Source: Azolla caroliniana
Taxonomy: Eukaryota; Plantae; Polypodiophyta
Reading direction: 5' to 3'
DNA length: 64,000 bases
Assembly: GCA_043228905.1 (NCBI GenBank)
Contig: JBHGNT010000002.1
Coordinates: forward strand, 13,330,001 to 13,394,000
Shown here: in pieces, positions 11,359 through 22,437 of the stretch
Position numbering within the stretch: position 1 is the first letter of the stretch
Layout of the letters: each line of letters starts with the position of its first letter
The notes under the pieces: model-generated
Told to the model about the DNA's origin: nothing
The model's input: only the letters and a program-made list of their open reading frames with translations
The model's database searches: none
Translations under genes and position numbers: made by a program

Positions 11359-14300
11359 ATGGCTCAAATTAAGGACCCGATGTCATCCGCTCAAGCGGAA
11401 GGAACTCAAGGGAATCCTCCTGGACAAATGTCCACTGAGATGTATTTGGCACAAATAACCCAATACCTTAGTTTCACCGCTCAACAGATGACCGAACTTC
11501 GGCAATCTCAGAGTGCTCTTGAGGCACGTGTCATTAGTCTACAACGTGAGACTAATAGACCCGATGAGCGACAGGGTGAACCATCGTTTGTTGTTAAGCC
11601 ATTTACGAGAGACAAAAAGGAGAGAACCGAAGAAGCAATCTGCACGTGGCTGGGCCAATGGGAGTCTCATTTTGAGCTCTATCCCACGCTGGATAGTACG
11701 AAGATTGCATATGTCGGCCAAGAACTCGGGGGTAAGGCCGCCGCCTGGTGGCGTGGGCTCCATACTATGGGGAAATTGCCCGATACCTGGACAAATTTTG
11801 TCACGGTTTTTAAGGGCCAATTTCTGCAACCTCCCTCTCGAACCGAGGTAGCACAAGCTTTAATGAACCTCTCTAGCAGGAAATTTTCCTCGCTAGTAAA
11901 TTATGTTCACCATGCTAGAACCCAAATCCAAAAATCGGGTCTCAAAGGGGACAATTGGTTGATAGCTTGTTTTGTCAATGGCATCCCCAATTCAGACTAT
12001 CACTGGATAATGCACAATAAGGATCCAAAATCCTTCGAAGAGGCCATTGAAATAGTTCTTCGCTATCAAAGCACTTCGAAGAACGACCACAACAAACCCA
12101 ACGAAGCGCCCGGGACTAAGCAGTCGTAATTTGTTGGGAAAGGCAAGACACCCAACGAATTCATGGATTGCGATTATAAGCGACAACATCCTTTTTGCGT
12201 ATTCTGCAAAAAGAAGGGTCATACAAAAGATCAATGTCGAAAGATCCAACGGAAAGAGAACGACAGCAAATCTAAAGCTTCAGACCATAAAGGTCAGATT
12301 CCTAATGTCCTCCAGGTCTATACACATCATTTAAGTAATTGTCAATGTTCTTTCCCTCACTATGTATTGGGTTCCAATGATTTGCTACGTGCAAACGGGT
12401 ATATCAATGGATCTCCTGTACAATTTTTATTTGATTCGGGAAGCTCACACAATTTTGTGAATGATCGTTTGGTTCAGATATGGGGAATCCAACCCACCGT
12501 AAGTGACCACACCTACAAGGTGCTCTTGGCTGATGGAAGAGTACAATACATCAACAGGGCGATTCATTCATTAGAAATTTCTATTTATACTTATATAGAG
12601 GAAGTAGACTTCCATGTAATGAATCTTTGTACCACCGATGTAATACTGGGTTATCCCTGGTTTTATAATAAAAACTCTTCTTTATTTATTGATTGGGTTC
12701 GCCATTCCATTTCTTTTGTACTGAACGATTGTACGCATTTTATTCAATGTATCTAAAAACAATCCCTCTCGATTGTTTCCTCGTGTTCATCAAAATCCGA
12801 GTTATCTTGTTCTACGTTATTTTATTGTGTACTTGATCCGAACATTCACGTTTACAATATCGATAATGTCCCGGTTCAATTAACATATTTTGAACAACAA
12901 CAACTTGATGAAATCTTAAATGATTTTCATGATGTTTTTCCAAGTGAACTACCTCATGGGTTACCTCCTAAATGTAATATAGACCATCGTATAGATATTG
13001 TACCTAGTGTTGCACCAATAAGTATACCTCCGTATCGCTTAAGTCGATCCGAAGAAGATGAGGTATCTAAGCAACTCAAGGACTATTTACGAATGGGTTA
13101 TATACGTTATAGTAAATCTCCATGGGGTGCACCAGTTCCTTTCGTTAAAAAGAAAGAGGGCACATGGCGTATGTGTATTAATTACCGACGCTTGAATAAA
13201 GTGACGATCAAGAATTCGTATCCATTGCCCCGGGCTACCGATCTAATTGACCGTCTCCAGGGAGCTCGGTATTTTACGAAACTTGATCTCCATACTGGCT
13301 ACCATCAAATACGTATAAGTGAGGATGATGTTCCTAAAATGGCATTTCGTACGCGCTATGGCCATTATGAGTTTTTTGTTATGCCTTTTGGTTTGACCGA
13401 TGCTCCGGCTACTTTTCAACAAGAAATGAATGACATTTTCCGAGAACAACTTGGAAAATTTGTCGTTATTTTCTTGGATGATATCCAGTTTATAGTTGTA
13501 CATTACAGGAACATGCTAAACATGTCCGCTTTGTTTTACAAACATTGCGTGACAAACAGTTTTATGCGAAGATCTCAAAATGTGAGTTCTTCAAGAAATC
13601 AATTACTTATCTAGGACATCTCATAACCGAACGAGTTGAAATTGATCCTTCTCGAATTGAGAAAAATCAAGCTTTGGCCCACCCTTCGGAATATTCGAGA
13701 AGTTCGATCATTCCTTGGTTTTGTTGGGTTTTTGCGAAAGTCTCTTTTCAATTACTGCTAATTGACGATGCCATTTACTGATCTTTTAAAAGGTCAAACG
13801 CGTAAGTCTACAAAACCTATTGTGTGGAATGCTACACTAGACCTCGCCTTTAAGGAACTCAAGGACCTGGTTTGCAAGGCTCCTTCACTTCTTTTACCTG
13901 ATCCTTCAAAACCTTTTGAGGTTGAAACCGATGCAAGCGATTATGCTATAGGTGTTGTCTTGTATCAAGATGGTAAACGAATAGCATTCGAGAGTAAGAA
14001 ACTTGATTTTGCGCAATGTCGGTATACCGTTCAAGAAAAGGAATTATTTGCAGTTATACATGCACTCAAAACATGGCGCCATTATCTTTCTGGAAATCGT
14101 TTTGTGGTAACTACGGACCACGAGTCCTTGAAATATTTTTTTGACCAACAAGACCTGAAAGGTCGTAAGGCACGATGGACTGATCTCATCCAGGACTTTG
14201 GATTTTCCATACGATATCGTAAAGGTTACATGAACACTGTCGCTGATGCACTAAGTCGCATCCGTGAAGTTAACATGCGTAGCTTCACTGAAATAACATC

Positions 14301-15777
14301 AGATCTTTATGATCACCTTCGAGGAAAGTATCCCGATGACAGTTATTTTGCAAAATATTGGGCAAGAGTTGAGTCTGGAATAGACACCACCACATCCTCG
14401 AAGGAATACTTCCACATTGCTAACGGTTTGCTCTACCGTAATGGGAAGGTTTGTGTTCCAGATTTACCCGAGGTCAAAAAGAGGATTCTTTTTAAATGCC
14501 ATGATGCAGCCTCGATAGGGCACCCTCGAATACATCGTACACTCGTTCTCATCTCCACTCAATTTTATTGGCCTAAGATGCGTCCTAACATACATAACTA
14601 TGTGACTAAATGTCACCAGTGTCAGGTTAACAAAGTCGAGCGACTTAAAGCCACAAGACTTTTACATCCCTTGGAAATTCCCAATAATAAGTGGGGAACT
14701 ATATCCATGGATTTTATTGTTAGCCTTCCTCGCACCCAAAAAGGTCATCATGCCATTTGGGTTGTCGTTGATCGACTAACTAAAATGGACAGATTTATTG
14801 CTACTAAAACCACGGTAACAGCTTCTGAATTGGCTTACCATTTTGTTGACAAATTATTTCGTTTTTATGGGTTTCCGATGGATATCGTGAGTGATTGAGA
14901 TCCAAAGTTTACTAGTGACTTCTGGACGCAAGTCTTTAAGAAGTTAGAAACTACGTTGAGCATGAGCTCCACGGATCATCCTCAATCCGATGGACAGACA
15001 GAACGAGTAAATCAAATTATTGAGGACATGCTTCGAGCATACGTTGGTACAAAACCAACAAAATGGGAACGTTATCTCCCAATTTTAGAGTTTGCTTATA
15101 ACAGCTCCAAGCATACGTCGACGGGATATAGTCCTTTTATGTTGATGTATGGTTTTCAGCCACGAGCCCCGATTGATGTTAATATACATCATGATGAGTT
15201 GCGAAGTACACAAAACTTTCTTCGGGATATGCAAGATATGTTGCATATTGCACGAGATAATATAAAAACAACTCAAGATAGAGCGCGTTTTTATGCCGAC
15301 CATCATAGGCCACCTCGTGTATTCAACCCTGGACAGAAGGTATTTTTACGTGTACCTCACAATTCTAAGACATTGTCTACGGGTAAGTGCGCTAAGTTAG
15401 CCCCACGGTTTTGTGGACCTTTTACAGTCCTCAAACGCATTAGGTCATCGGCCTATAATCTCGCTCTTCCCGATGGTGTCGGAATTCATCTAGTCTTTTA
15501 GGTGAGTCGTCTAAAAGAACTTCTAGGTTCTGGCGTCAATACAGTTAACACTGAAACTCTGGTTACTTCTGAAGAATTATCTTCTAAACCACATGTACCA
15601 GAAAGAATTCTCGATGTTAAAACAAAAATATTACGTACTAAAGAAATCCGAGAATGTAAAATAAAATGGATGGATAAATCAATCATAGATGCCACATGGG
15701 AACGCGAAAATAATCTTAGAACTAACTTCCCTAACTTTCCATTGCAAGAGTGCAATGTTTTGAAGAGGGGGGGAGTA
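11359..15777 (+). pseudogene. Chromovirus gag-pol (gag, protease, RT, RNase H, integrase, chromodomain), disrupted
   Basis: ORFs 11359-12129, 12163-12756, 13093-13614, 13762-14898, 14956-15501 and 15502-15825. Chromodomain-like PERILD...IKW...DATWE...NFP. Confidence 0.93.
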
Positions 15778-16222
15778 TGTTACGGGCATGACCATATAAT
15801 ATCCCGTGGTAAGAATTTACCGTAGTATTCTATACACGTGGATAAGTGTGAGGGTTAAACGAGAGTGTAAAGAAGGGGAGGATTACTTTTAATCCTCGGG
15901 ATTGAGACAACCCATTAGGTCAAGTGTGAACTTTCCTGGGGGCCTTGGGTATCGCTATAAATAAGAAGCCTAGCTACCCTCATTTCATCATCTTTTGACT
16001 ACATCGAGACTCTGCTCTTGTGGTGGGTCAACTCTTGTAGCGAGCGCGCCAGCACCAGGTACGACTCGACGCCATGGCGGTGGTATGGGACGCCGATCGA
16101 GGCTCGAGTCCGTCTCGATCCCTTCGCTCGGGTGGATTGGCACCCTTCTTTCTCTTTCTCCTTTCTATCTATCATTAGTTTATCCTTATCTTAAGCTTAC
16201 TTTAGTACCTAGATCTCTAATA
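15778..16222 (+). repeat. 3' LTR of chromovirus copy B
   Basis: Direct repeat of 9218-9662, preceded by the PPT. Confidence 0.95.
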
Positions 16223-16227
16223 CTTAG

Positions 16228-19200
16228 TGTCACTGACGTGCCGCAGTACGCATTGCGCACACTGAAGGTGCTCCTCGGTAGGTCGCGCCATGAACTCACT
16301 GATCACCTCGACCGGATAACTGAGATCAGGTCGGGTGATGGTCAACCATATGAGGTTGCGGACTATCTGTCGGAAACTCGTCGGGTCGCATACCTTGCCG
16401 GAATCGGGGCAAAACTTGACGGTTCTATCTAGAGGAGTCGAGACGGACTTACAGTCTGCCATCCCGAATTTGAAGAGCATATTCAGCGCGTAATGACGTT
16501 GGCTGATAAGTATGGCTTCGGGGGTGCGGATATCTTTGATCCCGAGGAAGTAATGAAGGTCCCCCACATCCTTCATGTCAAATGATATCGCAAGCTGGAG
16601 CTTCACGTGGTTGATTTCACTTAAGTCGGTGCCGATGATGACCAAGTCATCAACATAAAGTAGAATACTAACCGGCCCGATTCAACCTTTCCGGATGAAC
16701 AGTGAGGAGTTTGATTTCGATGTCGCAAAGCCCATCCGACGCAATTGCTGCGTGATCTTCGTGTTCTAGGCACGCGAGGCTTGCTTCAGTCCGTAAAGGA
16801 ACTTCTTCAATCGGCACACTGCCGAAGTGTTCATTCCGGAGTGAAATCCGGGGGGTTGTACCATGTACACCTGTTCCTCAAGCTCACCTTGCAGGAACGC
16901 ATTCTTTACATCCATCTGATGTAAGTGCCACCCCTTTGCCACAGCTACCGCGAGCAAAACACGGACGGTCGTCATCTTCGCGACCGGCGCAAACGTCTCG
17001 TCGTAGTCAATGTCGTGTTTCTGCACGTAGCCTTTTGCCACTAACCGGGCCTTGTATCGGTTAACCGAGACGTCGGTGTTGTACTTCACCTTGTACACCC
17101 ACCGACATCCGATCAGCTTCACACCCTTTGGTGCGTCAACCAAGTTCCAGGTCTCGTTTTCCACCAATGCGTGCAACTCTTCCTCCATCATGACACGCCA
17201 GTTCGCGTCCTCAGCCGCTTCTGTGTAGCTCTCCGGCTCACGCACTTCCGCTACACGGGTCATGTATGCATAATGATGGGCCATGTACTCATCGTATCCG
17301 AACCGCACAACTGGATTCTTCTGGCGGGTAGATCGGCGTAATCGGTCTTTGGCCGATGTCGGGGTCTTCTCGCTGATGCGGACATCGCTCTTGAAGACCC
17401 GTCGCCGCTTCCCTTGGAGTCAGACTTGCTCCTATCCGTGCCGGAATCCGACACCTTCTTCTTCCCTTTCTCTTTGCACGTAAGCCATCTCCTCGGCTTC
17501 CTGCGCAGGGAATGCACGACCGAGTCTCCACTACTCGCTGGCTCTTCATCGGACTGGTCGAACCGACTCAGTCGTCCATTCGGTCGACTTAACCAAAACA
17601 AAATCGGCCTCTCTTCGAGGGTCCCAATTTCAGGCTCAGCCGGAGGCATCTCAGTCTCGCTGACCTCATCGTAAGAACCCAGATTGGAGGTGAGGTCTAG
17701 AGTCGGAGGCAAGTACCAGGACGCGGACTCATCAAACACAACGTCGCGGCTCACGCGCGCTTGTTTGGTACGCGGGTTATAGCACTTATAACCCTTCTGC
17801 TCGTCTGAATAGCCGACCAAGATACACTTCTCGGCTTTCGCGTCTGACTTCCTCCTTTTCTCCTTTGGCACATGCACATGCGCAATGCTACCGAAAACTC
17901 ATAAGTGTCGCAAGTTCGAATTCGTTCTGAAATATAGCTCGTGCGCCGACACTTTATCTCCGATCCTATTTTGGATGTATACTGCGGTCCTTACCGCCTC
18001 GGCCCAATAGAACTTGGGCAAGCTCTTCTCTTCTAGCATTGCCTGTGCCGCTTCCACAACCGACCGATTTTTCCTCTCGACCACGCCGTTTTGCTCCGGC
18101 GTGTATCTACAACTGAATTCGCACTGAATTCCCATTTGTTGTTGATAACCATTGAATTGACCGGAAAAGTATTCTTTTCCGTCATCTGATCACAAGCACT
18201 TGATCTTTCTTCCTGTTTCTGTTTCCATGAACCCTTTGAGGTCCCGGAAACAATCGAAGACTTCGCTCTTCCTCTCGATGAGGTAGATCCATGTGTGCCG
18301 CGTGTAGTCGTCGATGAAGGACACGAAATATCGGCTCCTGCCAAGACTAACATTTTGTGCCGGCCCCCACACATCGGAGTGTATCACGTCGAGCTTGTTC
18401 CGGCTCCGGTTACGCTCGTTGGGGAAGGGAAGTCGGTGTTGCTTCCCAAGCTGGCAGGCTTCACAAATTTGTGCCTTCCGGCCACTAAATTTTGGCAATC
18501 CAAACACCACTTGGTTCGATTGCAGGTCTTGAAGACGTTGGTGGTTGACGTGGCCTATCCTCTTGTGCCATAAATCGATGTCTGACTCGACTTTTTGTCC
18601 CTTCGCAAACATTGTGGTGCCACCGTCAGTAGAGTCGAGGATGAACATCCTCCCATCTCTGCCCCCTTGCGCAATAATACGGCCTCCTTCCTCAATGAAG
18701 CACTCGAGATGCGTAAACCAAACCTGCATCCCCTGGTCGACGATCTGCCCGACCGACACCAGGTTCTTTGTGATTGTCGGGACGTGTAACACGTTCATGA
18801 GTTTCCCGTTCTGCTCGACATGGCTCAAGGGAACTTCACCGACATTCGCAATCGGATGCGGAGTGTCGTCTCTAGTTGCGACTACTCCTGGTTGCGTCGG
18901 TTTCTCAAGATATGAGAACCACTCCTTGTGGCACGTTATGTGGTTTGACGCACCGGAGTCGACATACCACACCTCGTCCGATTTCGGGGCGGACTGCTTC
19001 ATTGAGTTTGTTTCGTGTCTCGTCACGAAGATTGACCCTTTTCCAGCTTCTCCGGATCCTTCGGCGTAGTGCGAGCGTTGTCGGTTTCCTTTGTCGGTAT
19101 GTCTAGAACCCGATCCGGAACCGGTCCTCTCCGACTCGACGCGCTTTTTCCAGCACTCGCTCTCCCTGTGGCCTTTCTTGCCACAGTACCAGCATTCTAC

Positions 19201-19960
19201 GGTGGATTTCCCTTGCCGGTTCTCGTCGCCCCGACTCCCCCTGTTTCCAGAGGGTCCGGAGTTGCTGTTGGCATCACTTCGGTGCCTTCTTCCTTGATCC
19301 CGTCGGCCGCCTCCATTGCGTACCGACTCACCTCATCCGCCAAGACCACGGGGCCTCTCTCCCTCCGTGTACAACATCTTGCTGTCGGCATGCGTGCTTG
19401 TCGATGCAACCGCGTGGTTCTCCTCTATAAGGAGCATCGACTGTAAGTCGAAAAACGAGGGCGTATTCTCCCAGGTACACACAACAGTACGGAACGCCCC
19501 GAACTTCGACGCCAAACCCCCGAGATAAACCTAGACCATCTCGCTTTCCTCGATGGAAGCTAAGGAGTCGCATATGTCCTTGATCTTCGAGGTATAGTCA
19601 ACCACCGACAAATCACGTTGTCGTAGGTTGCTCAACTCCTGTCGGAGCTGAAGCTTCCTGGTTGTGGTGCTCGCGGCGAAAATCTTCTTCAAATTTTCCC
19701 ACGCACCCTTCGGCGTTTTTGCATCCCGAACGTAGCTTAACAGTTGTTCACCCACACAAGACGCGAAACAGTACAACACTTTGCTCGCCGATTGTTTCCA
19801 CGTCGGGAAGTCTTTCTGTGTCGAATCGGGTGCTGTGTCATTTGCACCATCGACATAGCTCTAGTAACAGTGTCCGAGCAGGTACTGGTGCATCTTGTAA
19901 GACCAAGATGCATAGTTGTTTCTATCAAGCTTCTCCGTCGGAAGCGAGCTAGCCATTCCT
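16228..19960 (-). pseudogene. Copia family 1 gag-protease-integrase-RT, disrupted
   Basis: ORF fragments 19531-19779, 18190-19026, 17899-18135, 17260-17877, 16766-17308 ([19 protein letters not shown]) and 16217-16645. Confidence 0.92.
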
Positions 19961-20502
19961 CTATCCATCGGTTTTCTTGTTCTTCTTCATTGGTTTTTCC
20001 TTCAAGCAAAGTCGGCTACAGAGGTTCTCAACCCTCGCGCTCTGATACCATGAAAAGAATTGCATGCGGAAGTAATACAGAAAACTGAACAACAGAAAAC
20101 GTAGGTTTAATGGAAAGCTTAGATTTGCACAGTACGCACGGGAGAGATAGAGAGAGAGTAAACACAGAACTTAATTCAAAAAATATAATACTCAATTTGT
20201 ACATAGGATGTGCTCAGTGAGCACTTTTATACAAGCCTTGACAATCGGGTTGACACAAGTACTGATAGTACTTGACTGCTCATAAATGAGCCTCGACTCT
20301 TACTCCCAAAACTATTCCTTACGAGGAATATCTTTCTAACAACCTTTCGGTTTACGCACCGATACGGCCTTCCTACGCACCGGTTTGCGTAACGGTTTAC
20401 GCATCCTTTTACGCACCAATCCAGCCTAACCGATCAGTCCCAACTGATCCGGTCCTCGGCTTGCTCAATTGATCCGACCGATGTTGAGCTTGTCTCTCAA
20501 CA

Positions 20503-21263
20503 GGAACAAAGACCGGTTCGACTGAACACACCGGCTGTGGCCAAAAAATATTGAGGAAGGCGACTTGGTGTTGGTTGGTGTACGACAGCAGGCTCGACAA
20601 CCAACACAAGGCAATGCGCAAATTCACGAGGAGGTGGTTCGAGTCCTACGCCCTAACGAGCACGAATGACAATGGGACGTATCATCTTGCGGAGCTCAAC
20701 GGGACGCGATTAACAGTGTCGGTAGCCCGGAAGCGGATCAAGACGTTCAAGACATGGCATGAGGACGAGCCGAACCTGGGAAGCGTGACCAACGACGACG
20801 ACCGGTTCGGACCAGACGAGGATTCGATAAGTGACGGATGATTACGGGCCGGTCTTCTTCGGCGACCTATAAAAGGGAGGGGAGAAGAAGGAGAAGGGAT
20901 CGCGTTTTGGCGAGGACGAGGTGTTGTCGGACTGGGCATCGAGCTCTCTCCTCCTCTATCGTTGCTCTCCACTCTATTTCTAGGTCGGTTGCCTCTGCTG
21001 CGTGTAAGCCTGCGTGCTTCTAGCTGAGGCTCCATCGTGCGTTCTCTGTGTCGGGTCTGTTGCCGACTTGCCGGTTGTAATCTTGCATACATGGTAACCT
21101 TACTAGTTATTGAATTCAAACTTCTGTTTCCTCTCTCTCGTGTTATCGTGAGTTCCCTCTACCTTGTCCAGTGAGTGTGTATCAGGTTCGAAGACTATTC
21201 GCATTCAGGTCTTATTCGGCTAGCAACACTGTCGGCAACGAGCAGGCCTAGTTAGCGATACGC
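20503..21263 (+). mobile_element. Remnant of another gypsy element (integrase C-terminus plus LTR-like sequence)
   Basis: VYDSRLDNQHKAMRKFTRRWF...YHLAELNGT matches the integrase ends at 5279 and 22438. Downstream ctataaaagggagggg is TATA-like. Confidence 0.75.
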
Positions 21264-22397
21264 TGTCGTGGCGTGGCTCGCCTAGAAGCGTAGCGTTGCG
21301 CACACAAAGGATAACGTGAAAGTGAGGAAGGAATCACAGGGATTATGGACGGAAGAGACGAAAGAGTAGAGATAGAGTGAATAGAGATCAATAAGATATG
21401 ACAAAATAGGATTTTTAAGGAATATAAGATAAGACAAGATAAGATATAAAATAATATATGAGAAAGTGTATGAAATTTGTAATCATTTTCATGAAAGAGT
21501 TACAAAATGATTGTGCACGTCGTTGAACCTCCGAACTTTGTCTTGCAAGGTAATCGCTCTTCTCTTTCTTGATCGTAGACCACTACAATCTTCACTTCAA
21601 TATTTTGATGAAGATAAGGCTCGAACCGCCTCCCTCTTGTTGAGAGTTGACCACCACGACCGCCAAGCTAGAGCTCCACCTTTATCTTGAATTTCTTCCT
21701 TTCTTTCTCTATTTTATGGTATCTCTTATGTAATATATATTTGATTGATATCTCATACATATCCCCCTTTGATCTTCTCTTTCACCATTTAAATAGGTGC
21801 CCCCATGCATATGATGCATTGGAGGGTACAAGTCATGCATGTAGTGCATGAAATGCATGTGATGCATGATCGCCATTTGGCGTTCATGCATTACATGTGA
21901 TGCATGATAAACATCTCGCTCATTTGAGCTTTTATGTATGAAACAATATATGCAATAATAATAAACATGAAAATATAATCTTAAAGAAAAAGGGCCTAGC
22001 TTAATGGTAGGTGTGTTGACTTTGGTGTATGAGGTTGTTGGTTCGAGTCGCAAAATACTATTGAATACAACATGCAACTTTATTTTTATATCATGAAGCA
22101 AATCCTTTATGTAATATAAAGTATATATAAAGTATGCTTTATTTTATGAATATTATTAGTGTAGAGTAAATGGTAAGATTTGAGAGTCATAGGGTGGGGT
22201 TATTGGTTCAAGTCCTCTCTTGTTCGTGTAATATAATATATTTATCTATATATATATTATTTTTCTTTACATATATATAATATTATCATATGTGTTGTTA
22301 ATATTATCTTTATATATAAAACATTATCAAATGTTATTTTAGTTACGTATTTATCTTATTGTAGACTTTTAATGTGAAGCTTTCGTACTTCACGACA
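21264..22397 (-). repeat. 3' LTR of the intact gypsy element
   Basis: Direct repeat of 28131-29264. Confidence 0.97.
21997..22215 (+). promoter_or_regulatory. Two tRNA-like Pol III A-box/B-box modules in the LTR (repeated at 28864-29082)
   Basis: TAGCTTAATGG at 21997 with GGTTCGAGTCG at 22040; TAGAGTAAATGG at 22162 with GGTTCAAGTCC at 22205. Both offsets are 43 nt, as in tRNA genes. No full cloverleaf seen. Confidence 0.55.
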
Positions 22398-22437
22398 TCC
22401 ACCCCCTCTAGACCTGCATATCCTCCGGCATGTGCCA

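Larger units (their letters stand above)
9218..16222 (+). mobile_element. Full-length, defective Ty3/gypsy chromovirus, copy B; LTRs 9218-9662 and 15778-16222; TSD CTTAG
   Basis: 445-bp LTR pair (about 8 differences seen). CTTAG at 9213-9217 and 16223-16227; removing the element restores the copia frame VLRHVSDTKDRGL. PPT gaagagggggggagta before 15778. Confidence 0.96.
7789..20502 (-). mobile_element. Ty1/copia family 1, degenerate and split by the nested chromovirus; 5' LTR 20051-20502, truncated 3' LTR 7789-8174
   Basis: PBS tggtatcagagc on minus (20039-20050); PPT ctccccctcaag at 8175; order gag, protease (WYVDSGAS), GAG-pre-integrase, integrase, RT, RNase H. The two LTR copies align. Confidence 0.93.

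Noticed and set aside
21709-22101. 130-aa His/Met-rich ORF, repeated at 28576-28968
   Set aside because: Lies in the LTR, has a non-ATG start, and the H/M richness comes from the CATG cluster.
21990-22225. Functional tRNA genes
   Set aside because: A and B boxes are present, but acceptor and anticodon stems do not pair; reported as tRNA-like promoter modules only.
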